This document shows positions 1 to 11,100 of a stretch of DNA of 64,000 bases, one piece after another. The stretch's first letter is position 1. Every line of letters starts with the position of its first letter. The stretch comes from the human T2T-CHM13v2.0 reference genome, Homo sapiens. The stretch lies in assembly GCF_009914755.1 (NCBI RefSeq), contig NC_060935.1. One strand, written 5' to 3'. Made by a program: the position numbers and the translations under genes. A model generated the notes under the pieces. That model was not told where the DNA came from. It worked only from the letters and a program-made list of their open reading frames with translations, and ran no database searches.

Positions 1-880
1 AATAACTTCATCTAAAAACCAAACGGAAGCATTCACAGACAATTCTTAGTGATCATTGGATTGAACTAACAGAGCTGAACATTCCTTTAGATGGAGCAGT
101 TTCCAAACACACTTTCTGTAGAACCTGCAAGTGGATATTTGGACCTCTCTGAGGATTTCGTTGGAAACGGGATAAACTTCCCAGAACTACACGAAAGCAT
201 TGTGAGAAACTTCTTTGTGATGTTTGCATTCAACTCACAGAGTTGAACCTTGCTTTCATAGTTCAGCTTTCAAACACTCTTTTTGTAGAATCTGCAAGTG
301 GATATTTGGACCACTTTGTGGCCTTCCTTCGAAACGGGTATATCTTCACATCAAACCTAGACAGAAGCATTCTCAGAATGTTTCCTGTGATGACTGCATT
401 CAACTCACAGAGGTGAACAATCCTGCTGATGGAGCAGTTTTGAAACTCTCTTTCTTTGTATTCTGCAAGTGGATATGTGGACCTCTGGAAAAGATTTCGT
501 TGGAAACGGGTTCATCTTCACAGAAAAACTAAACAGAAGCATTCTCAGAAACTGCTTTGTGATGTTTGTGTTCCACTTCAGGAATTGAACTTTCCTCTTG
601 ACAGAGCAGCTCTGAAACCCTCTTATTCTAGAATCTGCAAGTGGACATTTGGAGGGCTTTGAGGCCTGTGGTGGAAAAGGAAAATCTTCACATAAAAACT
701 AGATGGAAGCATTCTCAGAAACTACTTTGTAATGATTGCATTCGACTCACAGAGTTGAACATTCCTATAGATAGAGCAGGTTGTAAACAATCTTTTTGTA
801 GAATCTGCGATTGGAGATTTGGACTGCTTTGAGGCCTACTGTAGTAAAGGAAATAACTTCATCTAAAAACCAAACGGAAG

Positions 881-1048
881 CATTCACAGACAATTCTTAG
901 TGATCATTGCATTGAACTAACAGAGCTAAACATTCCTTTAGATGGAGCAGTTTCCAAACACACTTTCTGTAGAACCTGCAAGTGGATATTTGGACCTCTC
1001 TGAGGATTTCGTTGGAAACGGGATAAACTTCCCAGAACTACACGGAAG
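881..1048 (+). repeat. Monomer 1 (168 bp, B-type, short; W1-like)
   Basis: Starts CATTCACAGAC, has a shortened 3' end (GGATAAACTTCCCAGAACTACACGGAAG) and carries an intact CENP-B box. The W-label is inferred from monomer order and A/B type. Confidence 0.85.
1007..1023 (+). promoter_or_regulatory. CENP-B box, monomer 1 (representative; at HOR start +126 in every unit)
   Basis: TTTCGTTGGAAACGGGA matches the 17-bp consensus with all nine core bases (NTTCGNNNNANNCGGGN). By eye, the core is intact in 60 of 75 complete HORs. Confidence 0.95.
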
Positions 1049-1218
1049 CATTGTGAGAAACTTCTTTGTGATGTTTGCATTCAACTCACAGAGTTGAACC
1101 TTGCTTTCATAGTTCAGCTTTCAAACACTCTTTTTGTAGAATCTGCAAGTGGATATTTGGACCACTTTGTGGCCTTCCTTCGAAACGGGTATATCTTCAC
1201 ATCAAACCTAGACAGAAG
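1049..1218 (+). repeat. Monomer 2 (170 bp, B-type with degenerate box; W2-like)
   Basis: Starts CATTGTGAGAAAC. The box position reads CTTCCTTCGAAACGGGT. Confidence 0.85.
1174..1190 (+). promoter_or_regulatory. Degenerate CENP-B box, monomer 2 (probably non-binding)
   Basis: CTTCCTTCGAAACGGGT: the first core block is TTCC instead of TTCG, while the A and CGGG are retained. The change is fixed across the array. Loss of binding is inferred from the core consensus. Confidence 0.8.
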
Positions 1219-1334
1219 CATTCTCAGAATGTTTCCTGTGATGACTGCATTCAACTCACAGAGGTGAACAATCCTGCTGATGGAGCAATTTTGAAACTCT
1301 CTTTCTTTGGATTCTGCAAGTGGATATGTGGACC

Positions 1335-1374
1335 TCTGTGAAGATTTCGTTGGAAACGGGTTCATCTTCACAGA
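1335..1374. repeat. 11-bp perfect inverted repeat enclosing the monomer-3 CENP-B box (representative; present in most HORs)
   Basis: TCTGTGAAGAT (1335-1345) and ATCTTCACAGA (1364-1374) are exact reverse complements, separated by the 18-nt spacer TTCGTTGGAAACGGGTTC. Confidence 0.95.
1345..1361 (+). promoter_or_regulatory. CENP-B box, monomer 3 (representative)
   Basis: TTTCGTTGGAAACGGGT has all nine core bases. By eye, intact in 74 of 75 HORs. Intact boxes alternate at 338 and 512 bp spacing. Confidence 0.95.
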
Positions 1375-1389
1375 AAAACTAAACAGAAA

Positions 1390-1559
1390 CATTCTCAGAA
1401 ACTGCTTTGTGATGTTTGTGTTCCACTTCAGGAATTGAACTTTCCTCTTGACAGAGCAGCTCTGAAACCCTCTTATTCTAGAATCTGCAAGTGGACATTT
1501 GGAGGGCTTTGAGGCCTGTGGTGGAAAAGGAAAATCTTCACATAAAAACTAGATGGAAG
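1390..1559 (+). repeat. Monomer 4 (170 bp, A-type; W4-like), contains the XbaI site
   Basis: Starts CATTCTCAGAAACTGC. TCTAGA lies at 1477-1482 and the box position reads CTGTGGTGGAAAAGGAA. Confidence 0.85.
1516..1532 (+). promoter_or_regulatory. A-box (pJalpha-type) of monomer 4 (representative)
   Basis: CTGTGGTGGAAAAGGAA sits at the position homologous to the CENP-B box and resembles the A-type consensus CTAYGGTGRAAAAGGAA. Confidence 0.8.
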
Positions 1560-1730
1560 CATTCTCAGAAACTACTTTGTGATGATTGCATTCGACTCAC
1601 AGAGTTGAACATTCCTATAGATAGAGCAGGTTGTAAACAATCTTTTTGTAGAATCTGCGATTGGAGATTTGGACTGCTTTGAGGCCTACTGTAGTAAAGG
1701 AAATAACTTCATCTAAAAACCAAACGGAAG
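1560..1730 (+). repeat. Monomer 5 (171 bp, A-type; W5-like)
   Basis: Starts CATTCTCAGAAACTAC. The box position reads CTACTGTAGTAAAGGAA. Confidence 0.85.
1686..1702 (+). promoter_or_regulatory. Diverged A-box of monomer 5 (representative)
   Basis: CTACTGTAGTAAAGGAA at the homologous position; it contains the small dyad CTAC-T-GTAG. Confidence 0.65.
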
Positions 1731-4700
1731 CATTCACAGACAATTCTTAGTGATCATTGCATTGAACTAACAGAGCTGAACATTCCTTTAGATGGCGCAG
1801 TTTCCAAACACACTTTCTGTAGAATCTGCAAGTGGATATTTGGACTTCTCTGAGGATTTCGTTGGAAAAGGGATAAACTTCCCAGAACTACACGGAAGCA
1901 TTGTGAGAAACTTCTTTGTGATGTTTGCATTCAACTCACAGAGTTGATCCTAGCTTTCATAGTTCAGCTTTCAAACACTCTTTTTGTAGAATCTGCAAGT
2001 GGATATTTGGACCACTTTGTGGCCTTCCTTCGAAACGGGTATATCTTCACATCAAACCTAGACAGAAGCATTCTCAGAATGTTTCCTGTGATGACTGCAT
2101 TCAACTCACAGAGGTGAACAATCCTGTTGATGGAGCAGTTTTGAAACTCTCTTTCTTTGGATTCTCCAAGTGGATATGTGGACCTCTCTGAAGATTTCGT
2201 TGGAAACGGGTTCATCTTCACAGAAAAACTAAACAGAATCATTCTCAGAAACTGCTTTCTGATGTTTGTGTTCCACTTCAGGAATTGAACTTTCCTCTTG
2301 AAAGAGCAGCTCTGAAACCCTCTTTTTCTGGAATCTGCAAGTGGACATTTGGAGGGCTTTGAGGCCTGTGGTGGAAAAGGAAAATCTTCACATAAAAACT
2401 AGATGGAAGCATTCTCAGAAACTACTTTGTGATGATTGCATTCGACTCACAGAGTTGAACATTCCTATAGATAGAGCAGGTTGTAAACAATCTTTTTGTA
2501 AAATCTGCGATTGGAGATTTGGACTGCTTTGAGGCCTACTGTAGTAAAGGAAATAACTTCATCTAAAAACCAAACGGAAGCATTCACAGACAATTCTTAG
2601 TGATCATTGGATTGAACTAACAGAGCTGAACATTCCTTTAGATGGAGCAGTTTCCAAACACACTTTCTGTAGAATCTGCAAGTGGATATTTGGACTTCTC
2701 TGAGGATTTCGTTGGAAACGGGATAAACTTCCCAGAACTACACGGAAGCATTCTGAGAAACTTCTTTGTGATGTTTGCATTCAACTCACAGAGTTGAACC
2801 TTGCTTTCATAGTTCAGCTTTCAAACACTCTTTTTGTAGAATCTGCAAGTGGATATTTGGACCACTTTGTGGCCTTCCTTCGAAACGGGTGTATCTTCAC
2901 ATCAAACCTAGACAGAAGCATTCTCAGAATGTTTCCTGTGATGACTGCATTCAACTCACAGAGGTGAACAATCCTGTTGATGGAGCAGTTTTGAAACTCT
3001 CTTTCTTTGGATTCTGCAAGTGGATATGTGGACCTCTGTGAAGATTTCGTTGGAAACGGGTTCATCTTCACAGAAAAACTAAACAGAAGCATTCTCAGAA
3101 ACTGCTTTGTGATGTTTGTGTTCCACTTCAGGAATTGAACTTTCCTCTTGACAGAGCAGCTCTGAAACCCTCTTATTCTAGAATCTGCAAGTGGACATTT
3201 GGAGGGCTTTGAGGCCTGTGGTGGAAAAGGAAAATCTTCACATAAAAACTAGATGGAAGCATTCTCAGAAACTACTTTGTGATAATTGCATTCGACTCAC
3301 AGAGTTGAACATTCCTATAGATAGAGCAGGTTGTAAACAATCTTTTTGTAGAATCTGCGATTGGAGATTTGGACTGCTTTGAGGCCTACTGTAGTAAAGG
3401 AAATAACTTCATCTAAAAACCAAACGGAAGCATTCACAGACAATTCTTAGTGATCATTGGATTGAGCTAACAGAGCTGAACATTCCTTTAGATGGAGCAG
3501 TTTCCAAACCCACTTTCTGTAGAATCTGCAAGTGGATATTTGGACTTCTCTGAGGATTTCGTTGGAAACGGGATAAACTTCCCAGAACTACAGGGAAGCA
3601 TTGTGAGAAACTTCTTTGTGATGTTTGCATTCAACTCACAGAGTTGAACCTTGCTTTCATAGTTCAGCTTTCAAACACTCTTTTTGGAGAATCTGCAAGT
3701 GGATATTTGGACCACTTTGTGGCCTTCCTTCGAAACGGGTATATCTTCACATCAAACCTAGACAGAAGCATTCTCAGAATGTTTCCTGTGATGACTGCAT
3801 TCAACTCACAGAGGTGAACAATCCTGTTGATGGAGCAGTTTTGAAACTCTCTTTCTTTGGATTCTGCAAGTGGATATGTGGACCTCTGTGAAGATTTCGT
3901 TGGAAACGGGTTCATCTTCACAGAAAAACTAAACAGAAGCATTCTCAGAAACTGCTTTGTGATGTTTGTGTTCCACTTCAGGAATTGAACTTTCCTCTTG
4001 ACAGAGCAGCTCTGAAACCCTCTTATTCTAGAATCTGCAAGTGGACATTTGGAGGGCTTTGAGGCCTGTGGTGGAAAAGGAAAATCTTCACATAAAAACT
4101 AGATGGAAGCATTCTGAGAAACTACTTTGTGATGATTGCATTCGACTCACAGAGTTGAACATTCCTATAGATAGAGCAGGTTGTAAACAATCTTTTTGTA
4201 GAATCTGCGATTGGAGATTTGGACTGCTTTGAGGCCTACTGTAGTAAAGGAAATAACTTCATCTAAAAACCAAACGGAAGCATTCACAGACAATTCTTAG
4301 TGATCATTGGATTGAACTAACAGAGCTGAACATTCCTTTAGATGGAGCAGTTTCCAAACACACTTTCTGTAGAACCTGCAAGTGGATATTTGGACCTCTC
4401 TGAGGATTTCGTTGGAAACGGGATAAACTTCCCAGAACTACAGGGAAGCATTGTGAGAAACTTCTTTGTGATGTTTGCATTCAACTCACAGAGTTGAACC
4501 TTGCTTTCATAGTTCAGCTTTCAAACACTCTTTTTGTAGAATCTGCAAGTGGATATTTGGACCACTTTGTGGCCTTCCTTCGAAACGGGTATATCTTCAC
4601 ATCAAACCTAGACAGAAGCATTCTCAGAATGTTTCCTGTGATGACTGCATTCAACTCACAGAGGTGAACAATCCTGCTGATGGAGCAGTTTTGAAACTCT

Positions 4701-5130
4701 CTTTCTTTGGATTCTGCAAGTGGATATGTGGACCTCTGTGAAGATTTCGTTGGAAACGGGTTCATCTTCACAGAAAAACTAAACAGAAGCATTCTCAGAA
4801 ACTGCTTTGTGATGTTTGTGTTCCACTTCAGGAATTGAACTTTCCTCTTGACAGAGCAGCTGTGAAACCCTCTTATTCTAGAATCTGCAAGTGGACATTT
4901 GGAGGGCTTTGAGGCCTGTGGTGGAAAAGGAAAATCTTCACATAAAAACTAGATGGAAGCATTCTCAGAAACTACTTTGTGATGATTGCATTCGACTCAC
5001 AGAGTTGAACATTCCTATAGATAGAGCAGGTTGTAAACAATCTTTTTGTAGAATCTGCGATTGGAGATTTGGACTGCTTTGAGGCCTACTGTAGTAAAGG
5101 AAATAACTTCATCTAAAAACCAAACGGAAG

Positions 5131-8100
5131 CATTCACAGACAATTCTTAGTGATCATTGCATTGAACTAACAGAGCTGAACATTCCTTTAGATGGAGCAG
5201 TTTCCAAACACACTTTCTGTAGAACCTGCAAGTGGATATTTGGACCTCTCTGAGGATTTCGTTGGAAACGGGATAAACTTCCCAGAACTACACGAAAGCA
5301 TTGTGAGAAACTTCTTTGTGATGTTTGCATTCAACTCACAGAGTTGAACCTTGCTTTCATAGTTCAGCTTTCAAACACTCTTTTTGTAGAATCTGCAAGT
5401 GGATATTTGGACCACTTTGTGGCCTTCCTTCGAAACGGGTATATCTTCACATCAAACCTAGACAGAAGCATTCTCAGAATGTTTCCTGTGATGACTGCAT
5501 TCAACTCACAGAGGTGAACAATCCTGCTGATGGAGCAGTTTTGAAACTCTCTTTCTTTGTATTCTGCAAGTGGATATCTGGACCTCTGGAGAAGATTTCG
5601 TTGGAAACGGGTTCATCTTCACAGAAAAACTAAACAGAAGCATTCTCAGAAACTGCTTTGTGATGTTTGTGTTCCACTTCAGGAATTGAACTTTCCTCTT
5701 GACAGAGCAGCTCTGAAACCCTCTTATTCTAGAATCTGCAAGTGGACATTTGGAGGGCTTTGAGGCCTGTGGTGGAAAAGGAAAATCTTCACATAAAAAC
5801 TAGATGGAAGCATTCTCAGAAACTACTTTGTAATGATTGCATTCGACTCACAGAGTTGAACATTCCTATAGATAGAGCAGGTTGTAAACAATCTTTTTGT
5901 AGAATCTGCGATTGGAGATTTGGACTGCTTTGAGGCCTACTGTAGTAAAGGAAATAACTTCATCTAAAAACCAAACGGAAGCATTCACAGACAATTCTTA
6001 GTGATCATTGCATTGAACTAACAGAGCTAAACATTCCTTTAGATGGAGCAGTTTCCAAACACACTTTCTGTAGAACCTGCAAGTGGATATTTGGACCTCT
6101 CTGAGGATTTCGTTGGAAACGGGATAAACTTCCCAGAACTACACGGAAGCATTGTGAGAAACTTCTTTGTGATGTTTGCATTCAACTCACAGAGTTGAAC
6201 CTTGCTTTCATAGTTCAGCTTTCAAACACTCTTTTTGTAGAATCTGCAAGTGGATATTTGGACCACTTTGTGGCCTTCCTTCGAAACGGGTATATCTTCA
6301 CATCAAACCTAGACAGAAGCATTCTCAGAATGTTTCCTGTGATGACTGCATTCATCTCACAGAGGTGAACAATCCTGCTGATGGAGCAGTTTTGAAACTC
6401 TCTTTCTTTGGATTCTGCAAGTGGATATGTGGACCTCTGTGAAGATTTCGTTGGAAACGGGTTCATCTTCACAGAAAAACTAAACAGAAACATTCTCAGA
6501 AACTGCTTTGTGATGTTTGTGTTCCACTTCAGGAATTGAACTTTCCTCTTGACAGAGCAGCTCTGAAACCCTCTTATTCTAGAATCTGCAAGTGGACATT
6601 TGGAGGGCTTTGAGGCCTGTGGTGGAAAAGGAAAATCTTCACATAAAAACTAGATGGAAGCATTCTCAGAAACTACTTTGTGATGATTGCATTCGACTCA
6701 CAGAGTTGAACATTCCTATAGATAGAGCAGGTTGTAAACAATCTTTTTGTAGAATCTGCGATTGGAGATTTGGACTGCTTTGAGGCCTACTGTAGTAAAG
6801 GAAATAACTTCATCTAAAAACCAAACGGAAGCATTCACAGACAATTCTTAGTGATCATTGGATTGAACTAACAGAGCTGAACATTCCTTTAGATGGCGCA
6901 GTTTCCAAACACACTTTCTGTAGAATCTGCAAGTGGATATTTGGACTTCTCTGAGGATTTCGTTGGAAAAGGGATAAACTTCCCAGAACTACACGGAAGC
7001 ATTGTGAGAAACTTCTTTGTGATGTTTGCATTCAACTCACAGAGTTGAACCTTGCTTTCATAGTTCAGCTTTCAAACACTCTTTTTGTAGAATCTGCAAG
7101 TGGATATTTGGACCACTTTGTGGCCTTCCTTCGAAACGGGTATATCTTCACATCAAACCTAGACAGAAGCATTCTCAGAATGTTTCCTGTGATGACTGCA
7201 TTCAACTCACAGAGGTGTACAATCCTGCTGATGGAGCAGTTTTGAAACTCTCTTTCTTTGGATTCTGCAAGTGGATATGTGGAGCTCTGTGAAGATTTCG
7301 TTGGAAACGGGTTCATCTTCACAGAAAAACTAAACAGGAGCATTCTCAGAAACTGCTTTGTGATGTTTGTGTTCCACTTCAAGAATTGAACTTTCCTCTT
7401 GACAGAGCAGCTCTGAAACCCTCTTATTCTAGAATCTGCAAGTGGACATTTGGAGGGCTTTGAGGCCTGTGGTGGAAAAGGAAAATCTTCACATAAAAAC
7501 TAGATGGAAGCATTCTCAGAAACTACTTTGTGATGATTGCATTCGACTCACAGAGTTGAACATTCCTATAGATAGAGCAGGTTGTAAACAATCTTTTTGT
7601 ACAATCTGCGATTGGAGATTTGGACTGCTTTGAGGCCTACTGTAGTAAAGGAAATAACTTCATCTAAAAACCAAACGGAAGCATTCACAGACAATTCTTA
7701 GTGATCATTGCATTGAACTAACAGAGCTGAACATTCCTTTAGATGGAGCAGTTTCCAAACACACTTTCTGTAGAACCTGCAAGTGGATATTTGGACCTCT
7801 CTGAGGATTTCGTTGGAAAAGGGATAAACTTCCCAGAACTACACGGAAGCATTGTGAGAAACTTCTTTGTGATGTTTGCATTCAACTCACAGAGTTGAAC
7901 CTTGCTTTCATAGTTCAGCTTTCAAACACTCTTTTTGTAGAATCTGCAAGTGGATATTTGGACCACTTTGTGGCCTTCCTTCGAAACGGGTATATCTTCA
8001 CATCAAACCTAGACAGAAGCATTCTCAGAATGTTTCCTGTGATGACTGCATTCAACTCACAGAGGTGAACAATCCTGCTGATGGAGCAGTTTTGAAACTC

Positions 8101-11100
8101 TCTTTCTTTGGATTCTGCAAGTGGATATGTGGACCTCTGTGAAGATTTCGTTGGAAACGGGTTCATCTTCACAGAAAAACTAAACAGGAGCATTCTCAGA
8201 AACTGCTTTGTGATGTTTGTGTTCCACTTCAAGAATTGAACTTTCCTCTTGACAGAGCAGCTCTGAAACCCTATTTTTCTAGAATCTGCAAGTGGACATT
8301 TGGAGGGCTTTGAGGCCTGTGGTGGAAAAGGAAAATCTTCACATAAAAACTAGATGGAAGCATTCTCAGAAACTACTTTGTGATGATTGCATTCGACTCA
8401 CAGAGTTGAATATTCCTATAGATAGAGCAGGTTGTAAACAATCTTTTTGTAGAATCTGCGATTGGAGATTTGGACTGCTTTGAGGCCTACTGTAGTAAAG
8501 GAAATAACTTCATCTAAAAACCAAACGGAAGCATTCACAGACAATTCTTAGTGATCATTGCATTGAACTAACAGAGCTGAACATTCCTTTAGATGGAGCA
8601 GTTTCCAAACACACTTTCTGTAGAACCTGCAAGTGGATATTTGGACCTCTCTGAGGATTTCGTTGGAAACGGGATAAACTTCCCAGAACTACACGGAAGC
8701 ATTGTGAGAAACTTCTTTGTGATGTTTGCATTCAACTCACAGAGTTGAACCTTGCTTTCATAGTTCAGCTTTCAAACACTCTTTTTGGAGAATCTGCAAG
8801 TGGATATTTGGACCACTTTATGGCCTTCCTTCGAAACGGGTATATCTTCACATCAAACCTAGACAGAAGCATTCTCAGAATGTTTCCTGTGATGACTGCA
8901 TTCAACTCACAGAGGTGAACAATCCTACTGATGGAGCAGTTTTGAAACTCTCTTTCTTTGGATTCTGCAAGTGGATATGTGGACCTCTGTGAAGATTTCG
9001 TTGGAAACGGGTTCATCTTCACAGAAAAACTAAACAGAAGCATTCTCAGAAACTGCTTTGTGATGTTTGTGTTCCACTTCAGGAATTGAACTTTCCTCTT
9101 GACAGAGCAGCTCTGAAACCCTCTTATTCTAGAATCTGCAAGTGGACATTTGGAGGGCTTTGAGGCCTGTGGTGGAAAAGGAAAATCTTCACATAAAAAC
9201 TAGATGGAAGCATTCTCAGAAACTACTTTGTGATGATTGCATTCGACTCACAGAGTTGAACATTCCTATAGATAGAGCAGGTTGTAAACAATCTTTTTGT
9301 AGAATCTGCGATTGGAGATTTGGACTGCTTTGAGGCCTACTGTAGTAAAGGAAATAACTTCATCTAAAAACGAAACGGAAGCATTCACAGACAATTCTTA
9401 GTGATCATTGCATTGAACTAACAGAGCTGAACATTCCTTTAGATGGAGCAGTTTCCAAACACACTTTCTGTAGAACCTGCAAGTGGTTATTTGGACCTCT
9501 CTGAGGATTTCGTTGGAAACGGGATAAACTTCCCAGAACTACACGGAAGCATTGTGAGAAACTTCTTTGTGATGTTTGCATTCAACTCACAGAGTTGAAC
9601 CTTGCTTTCATAGTTCAGCTTTCAAACACTCTTTTTGTAGAATCTGCAAGTGGATATTTGGACCACTTTGTGGCCTTCCTTCGAAACGGGTATATCTTCA
9701 CATCAAACCTAGACAGAAGCATTCTCAGAATGTTTCCTGTGATGACTGCATTCAACTCACAGAGGTGAACAATCCTGCTGATGGAGCAGTTTTGAAACTC
9801 TCTTTCTTTGGATTCTGCAAGTGGATATGTGGACCTCTGTGAAGATTTCGTTGGAAACGGGTTCATCTTCACAGAAAAACTAAACAGAAGCATTCTCAGA
9901 AACTGCTTTGTGATGTTTGTGTTCCACTTCAGGAATTGAACTTTCCTCTTGACAGAGCAGCTCTGAAACCCTCTTATTCTAGAATCTGCAAGTGGACATT
10001 TGGAGGGCTTTGAGGCCTGTGGTGGAAAAGGAAAATCTTCACATAAAAACTAGATGGAAGCATTCTCAGAAACTACTTTGTGATAATTGCATTCGACTCA
10101 CAGAGTTGAACATTCCTAGAGATAGAGCAGGTTGTAAACAATCTTTTTGTAGAATCTGCGATTGGAGATTCGGACTGCTTTGAGGCCTACTGTAGTAAAG
10201 GAAATAACTTCATCTAAAAACCAAACGGAAGCATTCACAGACAATTCTTAGTGATCATTGCATTGAACTAACAGAGCTGAACATTCCTTTAGATGGAGCA
10301 GTTTCCAAACACACTTTCTGTAGAACCTGCAAGTGGATATTTGGACCTCTCTGAGGATTTCGTTGGAAACGGGATAAACTTCCCAGAACTACACGGAAGC
10401 ATGCTGAGAAACTTCTTTGTGATGTTTGCATTCAACTCACAGAGTTGAACCTTGCTTTCATAGTTCAGCTTTCAAACACTCTTTTTGTAGAATCTGCAAG
10501 TGGATATTTGGACCACTTTGTGGCCTTCCTTCGAAACGGGTATATCTTCACATCAAACCTAGACAGAAGCATTCTCAGAATGTTTCCTGTGATGACTGCA
10601 TTCAACTCACAGAGGTGAACAATCCTGCTGATGGAGCAGTTTTGAAACTCTCTTTCTTTGGATTCTGCAAGTGGATATGTGGACCTCTGTGAAGATTTCG
10701 TTGGAAACGGGTTCATCTTCACAGAAAAACTAAACAGAAGCATTCTCAGAAACTGCTTTGTGATGTTTGTGTTCCACTTCAGGAATTGAACTTTCCTCTT
10801 GACAGAGCAGCTCTGAAACCCTCTTATTCTAGAATCTGCAAGTGGACATTTGGAGGGCTTTGAGGCCTGTGGTGGAAAAGGAAAATCTTCACATAAAAAC
10901 TTTATGGAAGCATTCTCAGAAACTACTTTGTGATGATTGCATTCGACTCACAGAGTTGAACATTCCTATAGATAGAGCAGGTTGTAAACAATCTTTTTGT
11001 AGAATCTGCGATTGGAGATTTGGACTGCTTTGTGGCCTACTGTAGTAAAGGAAATAACTTCATCTAAAAACCAAACGGAAGCATTCACAGACAATTCTTA

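Larger units (their letters stand above)
1219..1389 (+). repeat. Monomer 3 (171 bp, B-type; W3-like)
   Basis: Starts CATTCTCAGAATGTTTCC and carries an intact CENP-B box. Confidence 0.85.
881..1730 (+). repeat. Representative canonical 850-bp HOR unit (HOR2)
   Basis: CATTCACAGACAATTC starts at 881 and recurs at 1731. Monomer lengths counted as 168+170+171+170+171 = 850. Confidence 0.97.

Noticed and set aside
224-532. Longer 102-aa ORF and extra 68-aa ORF in HOR1, 7, 15 and 19
   Set aside because: Both are a simple consequence of the +1 insertion shifting the frame; there is no evidence of coding function.
602-614. Short dyads such as CAGAGC-A-GCTCTG, TTCGAA and AGGCCT
   Set aside because: Arms of 6 bp or less are expected by chance and are too weak to support a claim on their own.
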